Origin: Isoptericola halotolerans
GTDB lineage: Bacteria > Actinomycetota > Actinomycetes > Actinomycetales > Cellulomonadaceae
Assembly: GCF_013149785.1 (NCBI RefSeq)
Contig: NZ_JABEZU010000002.1
Span: forward strand, 806,001 to 870,000
DNA: 64,000 bases
Direction of reading: 5' to 3'
Position numbers and translations under genes: made by a program. A model generated the notes under the pieces. It did not search any database, was not told where the DNA came from, and saw nothing but the letters and a program-made list of their open reading frames with translations. The first letter of the stretch is position 1. Each line of letters begins with the position of its first letter. Positions 9,448-19,870 of the stretch are shown piece by piece.

Positions 9448-12006
9448 TCAGCTCCTCTGGGTGGTGACGGGGGACGAGGTCAGGCTCACGCTAGCGCCCC
9501 GCGCCAGGTGTCTCGTCTCGGGAGGACCGTCCGGGCGTGCGACGACGACGTCCAGGTCTCGCCCAGCGGTCAGGGTCGCTGCGGTGAGACGCCCGTCGTG
9601 CCACGCGAGGTCGACGACGACGCCTCCGCGGCCGCGCAGGCCGCGCACCCGTCCCGTCGGCCAACCGCCGGGCAGCGCCGGCAGCAGGTCGAGCCTCACG
9701 GCCCCGTCGCTGGTCCGGTGGGACTGCAGCAGCATCTCGGCGACGCCCGCGGTCAGTCCGCAGTTGCCGTCCATCTGGTAGGGCGGGTGCGCGCTGAACA
9801 GGTTGGGGTACGTCCCGCCCCGCTCGCCGGAGCCGCTGATCGCGGGTCGCAGCGCGAGGCGGACCTGCTCGGCCGCGCGCTCCGCCTCACCGAGCCGAGC
9901 CCACAGGGCCATCCGCCAGGCCAGCGACCATCCGGTGCTCTCCGGCCCTCGTCGCTCGAGGGTGCGGGCTGCGGCGCGGGCGAGCTCCGGGGTGCTCGTG
10001 GGGTCGATCTGGTCGAAGGGGTACAGCCCGATCAGGTGGGACAGGTGCCGGTGCTCGGGTTCGGCCTCGGGCAGGTCGGTGGCCCACTCGGCCACCGCGC
10101 CGCGGTGGTCGACCCGGGGGTCCGGCAGCGCGGCGGCCACGGCCTCGAGCCGCTCGACCCAGTCGTCCTCGTCGCCCAGCTCGCGGGCGACCGCCCGGCA
10201 CGACGCAGCGAGACGGCGCACCAGGGCCACGTCCATGGTGGCCGACGTCGTCACGGCGGCAGGTGCGCCGTCGTCGGCCACGAAGTGGTTCTCGGGCGAG
10301 GTGGAGGGGGCGGTCCAGGCACGCAGCGGGCCGCCGTCGTCGGACGTTCGCACCCAGCCGAGGACGAACTGCGCCGCTCCGCGCAGCACGGGCCGGACGA
10401 CGGTGCGCAGGAACTCGGGGTCGGGCCGGAAGCGGTGCCGCTCGACGAGGTGGTCGGCGAGCCAGACCCCGCCCCAGGGCCACGCCGACCAGCAGGCGTC
10501 GCCGTGCCCGGCGCCCACGGGCGCTGCGTGCCCCCACACGTCGGAGTTGTGGTGGCAGGCCCAGCCGTCGATGCCGTAGAGCTCGCGTGCGACGACGGCT
10601 CCCGGGCCGGCGGCGAGGTCGACGACGAGCTGCAGCAGGGGTTCATGGCACTCGCCGAGCCCGGTGACCTCGGTGAGCCAGTAGGCCATCTGCAGGTTGA
10701 TGTTGGTGGTGTAGGCGCTCGACCACGGTGCGGGCAGCTCGGTGTTCCAGATGCCCTGCAGGGTGGCGGGGGACCCGCCCGGGCGGGAGGAGCACAGGAG
10801 CAGGTAGCGGCCGTAGTGGGCGGTGAGAGCGACCAGCCCGGGGTCGGGACGTGCAGCGGCGGCCGCGATCCGTGCCTCGGTGGTCAGCTCGGCGGCGCCG
10901 TCGGCCGCGGGCAGGCGCAGCTCGAAGCGCTCGTACAGCTCCCGGTGGGCGGACTCGTGCTCCCGGCGCCGGGTCGCCAGGTTCTCCGTCGCCGTCGCGC
11001 GGGGGTCGGCGTGGTCCGGTCGGCTCCGGGGGAGGGGCTCGGTCGTGGTGTCCACGAGCAGCACGTGCTCCCGACGGGCGGAGGTGCGCAAGGTCCCGTC
11101 CCGCACCCCGGCGCCGGGATCGTCCAGGGCCGTCACGGTGACGCGACCGGTCCGTCCGCGGTCGGTGTCGTAGCGGACCGGGTCGGCGACTTCCTCGTGG
11201 CCGGGAGCGACGTCGACCGGCAGGTGCCAGGTGGCCTCGAGACCGGGCGGACCGCCGACCGGGCGGCCCCCGAGCGTGCGTCCACCGTCGTCCTCGGCGT
11301 CGCCGCCTGCAGCGAGCAGGAGGCTGGTCAGCGCGACGGACACCTCGACGGGCCGGTCGGCGCGGACGACGTGGACGATCGGCCCGCCGCGGGCGTCGGC
11401 CCAGGTCTCCTGGGTGACCTCGCCCGTGGAGGCGGAGACCCAGGTGTGACGAGCGGTCGCCGTGCGCAGGTCGAGCTCTCGCCGGGTCAGCCGTTCGTCC
11501 TGCGGTGGCGCGGACGGCCGTGGCTCCGCGGGCTGCACGGTGATCTCGGCCGTGGCGAGCGGGAGGTACGCCTGCGCCCACAGGCTCTGCGTCCGGGCGA
11601 GCAGCGCCTCCGCGCGGCGGACGTCCCCGTCGTCGAGGGCACGGCGGGCCGTGGCGAGGTGCTCGGGACCGCGCGCGGCCACGCCGGCGAGCGGGTCGGC
11701 GCCGGGCACGCCCGACCAGGCGGAGGAGTCGTTGAGCCAGAGCCGCTCGGTGCCGGGACGCCCGGCGCACAGGGCGCCACGGAAACCGTTACCGACCGGA
11801 AACGCTTCGATCCATTTCGACGCGGGCCGGTCGTCGTGAAGCACGTGCTCCGCACGGAGGTGGTGCCGGTCCGTGCCGTCGGTCGCGGCCCCGTCCGTGG
11901 CCGTCGAGCGGCCGGATGTCGCGTACCGGTCGGCCCGGGGTCGGGTCGGGCTGCTGGGCACGTCGTCGTGCTCGGGGCCGTGCCCCGGGTGCTGGACTTC
12001 CGGCAT
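9448..12006 (-). CDS. Glycoside hydrolase family 95 (alpha-1,2-L-fucosidase / alpha-L-galactosidase)
   Basis: Motifs EAFPVGNG, YGRYLLLCSSRPG..LQGIWN, YTTNINLQMAYW, PSTSPEN, HRHLSHL, TGWSLAW, HPPYQMDGN. A TAGCCT -10 box 6 nt before ATG 12006 supports the start. Confidence 0.92.
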   Translation of the reverse strand: MPEVQHPGHGPEHDDVPSSPTRPRADRYATSGRSTATDGAATDGTDRHHLRAEHVLHDDRPASKWIEAFPVGNGFRGALCAGRPGTERLWLNDSSAWSGVPGADPLAGVAARGPEHLATARRALDDGDVRRAEALLARTQSLWAQAYLPLATAEITVQPAEPRPSAPPQDERLTRRELDLRTATARHTWVSASTGEVTQETWADARGGPIVHVVRADRPVEVSVALTSLLLAAGGDAEDDGGRTLGGRPVGGPPGLEATWHLPVDVAPGHEEVADPVRYDTDRGRTGRVTVTALDDPGAGVRDGTLRTSARREHVLLVDTTTEPLPRSRPDHADPRATATENLATRRREHESAHRELYERFELRLPAADGAAELTTEARIAAAAARPDPGLVALTAHYGRYLLLCSSRPGGSPATLQGIWNTELPAPWSSAYTTNINLQMAYWLTEVTGLGECHEPLLQLVVDLAAGPGAVVARELYGIDGWACHHNSDVWGHAAPVGAGHGDACWSAWPWGGVWLADHLVERHRFRPDPEFLRTVVRPVLRGAAQFVLGWVRTSDDGGPLRAWTAPSTSPENHFVADDGAPAAVTTSATMDVALVRRLAASCRAVARELGDEDDWVERLEAVAAALPDPRVDHRGAVAEWATDLPEAEPEHRHLSHLIGLYPFDQIDPTSTPELARAAARTLERRGPESTGWSLAWRMALWARLGEAERAAEQVRLALRPAISGSGERGGTYPNLFSAHPPYQMDGNCGLTAGVAEMLLQSHRTSDGAVRLDLLPALPGGWPTGRVRGLRGRGGVVVDLAWHDGRLTAATLTAGRDLDVVVARPDGPPETRHLARGASVSLTSSPVTTQRS

Positions 12007-12022
12007 GGAAGCAGGCTAGCGT

Positions 12023-12038
12023 GTTGAAACGCTTCGAC
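12023..12038. promoter_or_regulatory. LacI-type operator GTTGAAACGCTTCGAC between divergent GH95 and GH42 genes
   Basis: 14/16 match to the palindrome at 3763. Confidence 0.7.
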
Positions 12039-12122
12039 AGAACGACCGCGGGCGAGACGCGCCGGTCGTACGACGTCGAGAGGCCGGCGCGCACGGTGGC
12101 GCGCCACAGGGAGGGGACGACG

Positions 12123-14216
12123 GTGTCGAGTCAGGGCGCGACGGCGCGCCGAGCAGCCGGGGGCAGGTTCGCGGAGCTGACGGGCGACCTCGGGATCCTC
12201 TACGGCGGCGACTACAACCCGGAGCAGTGGGATCGGACGACGTGGCGCGAGGACGTGCGCCTCATGGCGGAGGCCGGTGTCAACCTCGTCACCGTCGGGG
12301 TCTTCTCCTGGGCGCGCTACGAGCCCCGCCCCGGGGTGCGTGAGTTCGGTTGGCTCGACGAGGTCCTCGGCCTGCTGCACGCCGGGGGCGTCGCGGTGGA
12401 CCTCGCGACGCCGACCGCCTCACCGCCCCCGTGGCTCGGCAGGCTGCACCCCGACACGCTGCCGGTCGACGCCGACGGCGTGCGGCTCGTGGCGGGCTCG
12501 CGCAACCAGTTCAGCCCCGCCTCGCGGGTCTACCGGGAGCACGCGCTGTCGATCACCCGCGACCTGGTGGACAGGTACGCGGACCACCCGGCCGTGCGGA
12601 TGTGGCACGTCGGCAACGAGTTCGGGCAGGTCTGCCACGGAGAGGAGTCCGCGGTCGAGTTCCGCCGCTGGCTGCGGGCGCGCTACGGCACGATCGACGC
12701 CCTCAACGAGGCATGGGCCACCACGGTGTGGTCTCAGCACTACGCCGACTTCACGGAGATCGTTCCGCCACGACGCATGCCGTACCACGTCAACCCGTCG
12801 CAGGCTCTGGACTTCCGCCGATACTCCTCGGACCAGCTGCGCACGCTGTACCGCGAGCAGCGTGACGTCATCCGCGCCGTCGACCCGGAGCGACCCGTGA
12901 CGACGAACCTCATGGGCTTCTTCCCGCTCGCCGACTACTGGTCGTGGGCCCAGGACCTGGACGTCGTCGCCGACGACGCCTACCCGGACCCAGGTGATCC
13001 GTGGGCTCCCGCCGACGCCGCCCTCGCGTGCGACCTGATGCGTTCCCTCGGCGGCGGAGCCCCGTGGATGCTGATGGAGGCCGCGGTCGGGTCCGTGAGC
13101 TGGCGGGACCACAACCTCCCCAAGTCGCCCGGGCGGTCACGCCTCGAGGCGCTGCAGGCGGTCGCCCGCGGGGCGGACGGTGTCTGCTACTTCCAGTGGC
13201 GGGCGTCGCGCGCCGGGGCCGAGAGGTTCCACTCGGCGATGCTGCCGCACGCGGGACCGGACACCCGGGTCCATGACGGTGTCCGGAAGGTCGGTGCCGA
13301 CCTGCGCCGGCTGCGGGACGTCGTGGGCTCACCGGTCCCGGCGCGGGTGGTCTTGCTCTTCGACTGGGAGTCCTGGTGGGCGGCGGAGGAGCAGGCACGG
13401 CCCACGGACCGGCTGCGCACCCTGGAGGTGCTGCGTTCGTGGTACCGGGTGCTGTGGGACGCGGGTGTCACGGTCGACCTGGCGCACCCCGACGACGTCG
13501 CGGTGACGGGTGCCGCGGGCTACGACGTCGTCCTGGTGCCGCAGAGCTATCTGCTGTCCGTCGACGCGGCCCGAGGGCTCGCGTCGGCGGCGTCCCGTGG
13601 TGCGAGCGTCGTCGTGGGGCCGTTCACCGGCGTGGCCGACGAGAACGCCCACGTGCGGACCGGGCGGTCGCCCGTGCTGCTGCGCGACCTGCTCGGTGTC
13701 AGCGGCGAGGAGTGGGTCCCGTTGCCGGACGACGGGGTGCCGCTCACCCTCGACGAGACGTGGCCGCACGGCGGCGCCGAACCCTCCGGTGGCGCGCAGG
13801 GCGACGGGCACCGTGCCACGATCCTCGGCGAGCTCCTGCGTGCCGACGACGCGCAGGTGCTGGCCACCTTCGACGGCGGTCACCTCGCGGGCGGCGCCGC
13901 GGTCACCCGCCGGTCGCACGGAGCGGGAGCGACCTGGTACGTGGGCACGGTGCTCCCCGGGCCGCTGCTGCGTGACGTGCTGGTGGACGCCTGGGAGCGA
14001 GCCGGTGTCACGGGCGTGCTGGGAAGGGTCAGGACGGCATCTGGAGTCGAAGCGGTTCACCGGGGTCACGCGGTGTTTCTGCTCAACCACTCCGAGCGCC
14101 CCGCCACGATCCGCCTCGAGTCCGCGATGACGGACCTGATCAGCGGTGTGAACTGCACAGATACGACCACCATCCCCGCTCTGGACGCCGCCGTCCTGGT
14201 GCCGCGGGAGGCCTGA
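12123..14216 (+). CDS. GH42 beta-galactosidase
   Basis: YGGDYNPEQW, WHVGNE (acid/base), WMLME (nucleophile), ARGADGVCYFQWR; GTG after GGAGGGG. Confidence 0.94.
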   Translation: MSSQGATARRAAGGRFAELTGDLGILYGGDYNPEQWDRTTWREDVRLMAEAGVNLVTVGVFSWARYEPRPGVREFGWLDEVLGLLHAGGVAVDLATPTASPPPWLGRLHPDTLPVDADGVRLVAGSRNQFSPASRVYREHALSITRDLVDRYADHPAVRMWHVGNEFGQVCHGEESAVEFRRWLRARYGTIDALNEAWATTVWSQHYADFTEIVPPRRMPYHVNPSQALDFRRYSSDQLRTLYREQRDVIRAVDPERPVTTNLMGFFPLADYWSWAQDLDVVADDAYPDPGDPWAPADAALACDLMRSLGGGAPWMLMEAAVGSVSWRDHNLPKSPGRSRLEALQAVARGADGVCYFQWRASRAGAERFHSAMLPHAGPDTRVHDGVRKVGADLRRLRDVVGSPVPARVVLLFDWESWWAAEEQARPTDRLRTLEVLRSWYRVLWDAGVTVDLAHPDDVAVTGAAGYDVVLVPQSYLLSVDAARGLASAASRGASVVVGPFTGVADENAHVRTGRSPVLLRDLLGVSGEEWVPLPDDGVPLTLDETWPHGGAEPSGGAQGDGHRATILGELLRADDAQVLATFDGGHLAGGAAVTRRSHGAGATWYVGTVLPGPLLRDVLVDAWERAGVTGVLGRVRTASGVEAVHRGHAVFLLNHSERPATIRLESAMTDLISGVNCTDTTTIPALDAAVLVPREA

Positions 14217-14241
14217 GGCCTCGCTGCCGAGGGGCGATGCC

Positions 14242-14291
14242 TTGACTCGACCACCGTGCTCCCTGATACTCGGTCATCGAAGCGCTTCGAC
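14242..14291 (+). promoter_or_regulatory. Sigma70-type promoter (TTGACT-N17-GATACT) followed by operator ATCGAAGCGCTTCGAC
   Basis: -35 at 14242-14247, -10 at 14265-14270, operator at 14276-14291 (15/16 match) at the expected transcription start. Confidence 0.75.
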
Positions 14292-14335
14292 GACGCAGTG
14301 ACATCCCGGCTGAGCCGGCTCGACGAGGAGGACCG

Positions 14336-15661
14336 ATGATCAACCGCACCCGCAAGGTCGCGAGGACCACCGCGCTGGTGGTGCTGCCGCTGGCCGCACT
14401 GACGGCCTGCGTCGGCGGGGGAGGGGGCGCCGCGCCGACCACGGGCGGCGACACCGATGCCGACACGCTGACGATCTGGCACTACGAGAACGACGACTCC
14501 GCGATGGGTCAGGCGTGGGCCGAGGCGATCGAGATCTTCGAGGCCGAGCACCCCGAGGTCGAGGTCGTCCTCGAGAAGCAGACGTTCGAGCAGATCCAGA
14601 AGAACGCCAAGATCGTGCTCACCGGCGACGAGGTGCCGGACGTCATGGAGTACAACAAGGGCAACGCGACCGCCGGGCAGCTCGCCTCGCAAGGCCTGCT
14701 GCGCCCGCTGACCGAGGTCGCCGAGGAGAAGGGGTGGGCGGACTCCCTGCCCGGCTCTCTCGCGACCACGGCGCGCTACGACGAGTCGGGCCTGATGGGC
14801 GACGGCGAGTGGTACGGGGTGCCGAACTACGGCGAGTTCGTCGGCGTGTACTACAACCAGGACATGTTCGACGAGCACGGTCTGGACGTGCCGACCACGC
14901 TCGACGAGCTCGAGGACGTCATGCAGGCCTTCGCCGACGAGGGCGTCACCCCGCTCGCCGAGGCGGGCGCCGAGTACCCGTTGGGCCAGCTCTGGTACCA
15001 GCTCGTCCTGGCGCACGGTGACCGCGACCTGGTCGACCGGTACCAGCTCTTCGCGGGGGACGCCGACTTCCACGGTCCTGAGATGACCGCGGCGACCGAG
15101 CAGCTCGACGAGTGGATCGAGGCCGGCTACGTGGCCGGCGACTCGGCCGCACTGACGGCAGAGGACATGGGGGTCTCGTTCATCAACGGCACCTACCCGA
15201 TGATGGTCTCGGGCTCCTGGTGGTTCGGGCGCGTCGTCGAGGAGATGGACGCCGAGTGGGGCCAGTTCAACTTCCCCGGCAACGAGCTGCACGCCGGGTC
15301 CTCCGGCAACCTGTGGGTCGTCCCCACCAACGCCGACTCGCCGTCGCTCGCCGCCGAGTTCATCGACATCACGTTGCGCCCCGAGGTCCAGGACGTCCTC
15401 GCCCGGACCGGCGGGCTGCCGGTGGCCGGCGACCCGACGGTGATCGACGACGACAAGACCCGCGAGCTCACCGAGAACTTCCAGGAGATCCTCGACGCCG
15501 ACGGGCTGGCGTTCTACCCGGACTGGCCCGTCCCTGGCTACTACGACGTGGTCGTCACCCAGCTGCAGTCCCTCGTCAACCAGTCGAAGTCGCCCGACGA
15601 GGTGCTCGAGGGGCTGGAGGCCGCCTACACCGACGGCAGGTCCGACCTGCTCGGTAGCTGA
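14336..15661 (+). CDS. Sugar ABC transporter substrate-binding lipoprotein
   Basis: RBS GAGGAGG; lipobox LTAC; VYYNQDMF, PMMVSGSWW. Confidence 0.93.
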   Translation: MINRTRKVARTTALVVLPLAALTACVGGGGGAAPTTGGDTDADTLTIWHYENDDSAMGQAWAEAIEIFEAEHPEVEVVLEKQTFEQIQKNAKIVLTGDEVPDVMEYNKGNATAGQLASQGLLRPLTEVAEEKGWADSLPGSLATTARYDESGLMGDGEWYGVPNYGEFVGVYYNQDMFDEHGLDVPTTLDELEDVMQAFADEGVTPLAEAGAEYPLGQLWYQLVLAHGDRDLVDRYQLFAGDADFHGPEMTAATEQLDEWIEAGYVAGDSAALTAEDMGVSFINGTYPMMVSGSWWFGRVVEEMDAEWGQFNFPGNELHAGSSGNLWVVPTNADSPSLAAEFIDITLRPEVQDVLARTGGLPVAGDPTVIDDDKTRELTENFQEILDADGLAFYPDWPVPGYYDVVVTQLQSLVNQSKSPDEVLEGLEAAYTDGRSDLLGS

Positions 15662-15688
15662 GCCGGTCCCGGCACCGAGGAGCCTCGA

Positions 15689-16624
15689 ATGTCCGCACCA
15701 CCCGTGGCGCGCACGCGCCGCCGTCGGCCCGCCTGGCTGCCGTACCTGCCCTACCTGATCCCCGGCGCGGTCGGGTTCGTCCTGATCATCGGGTACCCGC
15801 TGGTCACCAACGTCTACATCAGCCTCTTCTCCTGGCCCGGCGGCCTGGCACCGCTGGAGTGGGTCGGGTTCGACAACTACGTCGCCCTCTGGGGCGACTC
15901 CGCCTTCTGGACGTCGTTCCGGAACTCCGTCGCGATGATCCTGGCGATGGTGGTCGTGCCGACCCTGATCGGTCTCCTCCTCGCCGCGGTGCTCTTCGAC
16001 TACCTCGGGCGGCGCTTCGGCGCCCGGGTGGCGTCGGTGCTGCGGGCGACGTACTACCTGCCGCAGATCCTGCCGGTCGCCGTCGCCGGCGTGCTGTGGA
16101 ACTGGATCCTCAACTCCCAGACGGGAGCCCTGAACGTCATCCTTCGAGGTCTGGGCGTCGAGAACCCGCCCAACTGGCTCGGGGACCCGGCGACAGCGAT
16201 GCCGAGCGTGATGCTCGTGCTCATCTGGGTCCAGATCGGCTACCCGGTGGTGATCTTCATGGCCGCGCTGCAGCGCGTCGACCCGGAGCTCTACGAGGCC
16301 GCCGAGCTCGACGGCGCGGGCTGGTGGCGGAGGTTCCGGGCCATCACCGTCCCGCAGATCAGGCCGGAGACGTTCGTCGTGACGCTCACCTCGACGGTCG
16401 CCGCGCTGAAGGTGTTCGGCCCGATCTACGTCCTGACGCGCGGTGGACCGGAGAGCTCGACGCTCGTGCCGAGCTACTACTCGTACCTCAACTTCTTCGA
16501 CAAGTCCCGGGTCGGCTACGGGTCGGCGGTCGCGACCGTGCTGACCGTCGTGATCATCGCGGTGGCCGCGGTGATCCTCGTCCTGCAGGCGCGAGCCGAA
16601 CGCCGTGAGGAGGCCGGACGCTGA
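15689..16624 (+). CDS. Carbohydrate ABC transporter permease (MalF-like)
   Basis: TM segments; LYEAAELDGAG. Confidence 0.94.
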   Translation: MSAPPVARTRRRRPAWLPYLPYLIPGAVGFVLIIGYPLVTNVYISLFSWPGGLAPLEWVGFDNYVALWGDSAFWTSFRNSVAMILAMVVVPTLIGLLLAAVLFDYLGRRFGARVASVLRATYYLPQILPVAVAGVLWNWILNSQTGALNVILRGLGVENPPNWLGDPATAMPSVMLVLIWVQIGYPVVIFMAALQRVDPELYEAAELDGAGWWRRFRAITVPQIRPETFVVTLTSTVAALKVFGPIYVLTRGGPESSTLVPSYYSYLNFFDKSRVGYGSAVATVLTVVIIAVAAVILVLQARAERREEAGR

Positions 16625-17526
16625 TGGTCACCGACACCCGCTCCACCACCGAGGTGGTACCGACGACGCCGGCGGCGACCGGCGTGCACCCCCGGAGGCG
16701 GCGACGTCGCGGCGCGGCCCGCTGGTTCGTGCTGGCCGCCGCGGTCGTCGTCGCGCTCGCGATGCTCGCCCCGTTCGTCATCATGGTCCTCAACGCGGTC
16801 AAGTCGCCGGCGGACTACGCCCAGAACGGTCCGTTGAGCCTGCCCGGTTCGCTGTACCTGGACGGGATCGTCACCTTCTGGCAGCGCGTGGACTTCCCCG
16901 TGAAGCTCTGGAACTCGTTCTTCATCGCCGGCGTCGTCGCCGTGCTGGGGTGCCTGATCTCGCTGCTCAACGCCTACGCGATCGGCATCGGCAAGGTCAG
17001 GGGCAGGCTCTGGATCGTGATGCTGTTCCTGCTGGCGAACATGCTGCCCCAGGAGGCGCTGATCTACCCGCTGTTCGACATGGCGCGGCAGGTGGGCCTG
17101 ACGAACTCGCAGTGGTCGGTCATCATCATCTTCACGGTGGTCCAGTCGGCGTTCGGCACCTATCTCCTGGCGTCGGTCCTCGGCACGTTCCCGCCGGCGC
17201 TGCTGGAGGCCGCCGCCCTCGACGGAGCAGGCCGGTGGCGCATCCTCTGGCAGGTCGTCTACCCCATCGTGCGGCCCACGCTCGGCGTGCTGATGATCTT
17301 CTTCTTCATCTGGACCTGGAACGAGTTCTTCATCCCGTTGGTGATGCTGACGACGAACGACACCCAGACGATCCCGATCGCCCTGGCCTCCCTGCAGGGC
17401 GATCGCATGATGGATGCACCGACGACGAATGCCGGCGCACTGATCTCGCTCCTTCCCGCGCTGATCTTCTTCCTGCTCTTCCAGCGCACCTTGACCCGGG
17501 GCGTCACCGCGGGAGCGGTGAAGTGA
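16624..17526 (+). CDS. Carbohydrate ABC transporter permease (MalG-like)
   Basis: LLEAAALDGAG, WNEFF; TGATG stop-start coupling. Confidence 0.94.
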   Translation: MVTDTRSTTEVVPTTPAATGVHPRRRRRRGAARWFVLAAAVVVALAMLAPFVIMVLNAVKSPADYAQNGPLSLPGSLYLDGIVTFWQRVDFPVKLWNSFFIAGVVAVLGCLISLLNAYAIGIGKVRGRLWIVMLFLLANMLPQEALIYPLFDMARQVGLTNSQWSVIIIFTVVQSAFGTYLLASVLGTFPPALLEAAALDGAGRWRILWQVVYPIVRPTLGVLMIFFFIWTWNEFFIPLVMLTTNDTQTIPIALASLQGDRMMDAPTTNAGALISLLPALIFFLLFQRTLTRGVTAGAVK

Positions 17527-17569
17527 GCCCGACGCCCCGCACCACCACCGACGAGAAGGTGAACCGACC

Positions 17570-19870
17570 ATGAAGTTCACGGACGGCTACTGGCAGTCCA
17601 GGCCCGGCATCGAACCGCTCTACGCCGTCGAGGTCGACGACGTCCGCGTCGACGAGACGGCGGGCACGATGACGGTCTTCGCCCCGACGACCGTGATCCG
17701 CCACCGGGGCGACACGCTGAACAGGCCTCTGCTCACCCTGACGTACTCCTCGCCGGCGCCCGGTGTGGTCACCGTGCGCGTCGAGCACCACGCGGGCGGG
17801 GTGCGCCGCGGCCCGGACTTCGCGCTGCACCGCGAACCCGGCTTCGTGCCGGTGGTGAAGGTCGACGAGGCCGCCGGCGTCCTCGAGACCGGTGGGCTGA
17901 CCGTCCGCGTGCACCGGCAGGGGCCGTGGCGAGTCGACTTCGAGCTGGACGGCCGGGTGCTGACCTCGAGCCTGCCGAAGTCGGTGGCGGCGGTCTCGGG
18001 GGACGACGGCGGGCACTGGATGCACGAGCAGCTCGCGCTGGCGCCGGGCGAGCACGTGTACGGCCTGGGGGAGCGGTTCGGCCCGTTCGTCAAGAACGGT
18101 CAGGAGGTGGACGTCTGGAACGCCGACGGCGGCACCTCCAGCGAGCAGGCGTACAAGAACGTGCCCTTCTACCTCACCAGCGGTGGCTACGGGGTGTTCG
18201 TGGACCAGCCCGAGAAGGTCTCCCTGGAGATCGCCTCCGAGGTGAGCTCACGCGTGCAGCTCTCGGTGCCGGGCCAGTCGCTGACCTACCACGTCGTCGC
18301 CGGCCCGGAGCCCAAGGACGTGCTGCGCCGGTACACCGCGTTGACGGGGCGTCCGCCGCACGTGCCGGACTGGTCCTACGGGCTGTGGTTGTCGACGTCC
18401 TTCACGACGGACTACGACGAGCGGACCGTGATGTCGTTCATCGACGGGATGGCGGAGCGCGACCTGCCGTTGAGCGTCTTCCACTTCGACTGCTTCTGGA
18501 TGCGCGAGTACCAGTGGTGCGACTTCGAGTGGGACCCGCGGACGTTCCCCGACCCGGAGGGCATGCTCGCCCGCCTGCACGAGCGTGGCCTGAAGGTCAG
18601 CGCCTGGATCAACCCGTACATCGCCCAGCGCTCGCCGCTGTTCGCCGAGGCCGCCGAGCGGGGATACCTGCTGCGCACGGACGACGGCGGCACCTGGCAG
18701 TGGGACCTGTGGCAGGCGGGCATGGGCCTGGTGGACTTCACCAACCCGGAGGCGACGGCCTGGTACCTCGGGCACCTCGAGCGCCTGCTGGACCAGGGTG
18801 TGGACTGCTTCAAGACCGACTTCGGCGAGCGGGTGCCGGTCGAGGGCGTGGTCTGGCACGACGGCTCCGACCCCGAGCGCATGCACAACTACTACGCGCA
18901 GCTCTACAACGAGGCCGTCTTCGGTCTGCTGGAGCGCCGCCGCGGGACGGGGGAGGCGGTGGTGTTCGCCCGGGCCGCGACCGCCGGCGGCCAGCAGATG
19001 CCGGTGCACTGGGGCGGGGACTGCGACTCCACCTACGCGGCGATGGCCGAGTCGTTGCGGGGCGGGCTGTCGCTGGCGATGTCGGGGTTCGGCTACTGGA
19101 GCCATGACATCGGCGGCTTCGAGGGGACGCCGGACGCGGGCGTCTTCAAGCGGTGGCTCGCCTTCGGGCTGCTGTCGAGCCACTCGCGGCTGCACGGGTC
19201 GTCGTCGTACCGGGTGCCGTGGGTGTTCGACGACGAGGCGGTCGAGGTCGCGCGCCGTCTCACCCACCTGAAGATGCGGCTCATGCCCTACCTGGGCCGT
19301 CTCGCCGAGGAGGTCGTCGGGGACGGGACCCCCATGATGCGTCCGATGGTGCTCGAGTTCCCGCAGGACCGCGCGACGTTCGGCGTGGACACGCAGTACA
19401 CGCTCGGCGACGCGCTCCTCGTCGCCCCGGTCTTCAGGGAGGACGGCACGGCGGAGGTGTACGTGCCCGAGGGCCGCTGGACGCACCTCGACCCCGGTGC
19501 GGTCGCCGACGGCGGTCCGATCGACGGTGACGTGGTGACCGGACCGCGGTGGGTCACCGAGACCCACGGGTTCGCGAGTCTGCCCCTGCTCGTGCGACCG
19601 GGTAGCGTGCTGCCTGTCGGGGCCCGCACCGACCGTCCCGACTACGCCTGGGCCGAGGACGTGACGCTGCACTGCGTGGAGCTGGCAGTCGGTCACGACT
19701 CCGAGGTCCGTGTGCCCGGTGGCGAGGGCGCACCGGCGACCTTCCGTGTTCGACGCACCGAGGACGCCGTCGTCGTCTCGAGTGGGAACGCTTCCACCCG
19801 ATGGGCGGTTCAGGTCGGTGGCCTGCGGACCGAGGCCATCGGTCCGGGAGAAGTGAGGATCGACCTGTGA
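17570..19870 (+). CDS. yicI: GH31 alpha-xylosidase
   Basis: MKFTDGYW N-terminus, [30 protein letters not shown] (nucleophile), HWGGD, SHSRLHG. Confidence 0.95.
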   Translation: MKFTDGYWQSRPGIEPLYAVEVDDVRVDETAGTMTVFAPTTVIRHRGDTLNRPLLTLTYSSPAPGVVTVRVEHHAGGVRRGPDFALHREPGFVPVVKVDEAAGVLETGGLTVRVHRQGPWRVDFELDGRVLTSSLPKSVAAVSGDDGGHWMHEQLALAPGEHVYGLGERFGPFVKNGQEVDVWNADGGTSSEQAYKNVPFYLTSGGYGVFVDQPEKVSLEIASEVSSRVQLSVPGQSLTYHVVAGPEPKDVLRRYTALTGRPPHVPDWSYGLWLSTSFTTDYDERTVMSFIDGMAERDLPLSVFHFDCFWMREYQWCDFEWDPRTFPDPEGMLARLHERGLKVSAWINPYIAQRSPLFAEAAERGYLLRTDDGGTWQWDLWQAGMGLVDFTNPEATAWYLGHLERLLDQGVDCFKTDFGERVPVEGVVWHDGSDPERMHNYYAQLYNEAVFGLLERRRGTGEAVVFARAATAGGQQMPVHWGGDCDSTYAAMAESLRGGLSLAMSGFGYWSHDIGGFEGTPDAGVFKRWLAFGLLSSHSRLHGSSSYRVPWVFDDEAVEVARRLTHLKMRLMPYLGRLAEEVVGDGTPMMRPMVLEFPQDRATFGVDTQYTLGDALLVAPVFREDGTAEVYVPEGRWTHLDPGAVADGGPIDGDVVTGPRWVTETHGFASLPLLVRPGSVLPVGARTDRPDYAWAEDVTLHCVELAVGHDSEVRVPGGEGAPATFRVRRTEDAVVVSSGNASTRWAVQVGGLRTEAIGPGEVRIDL

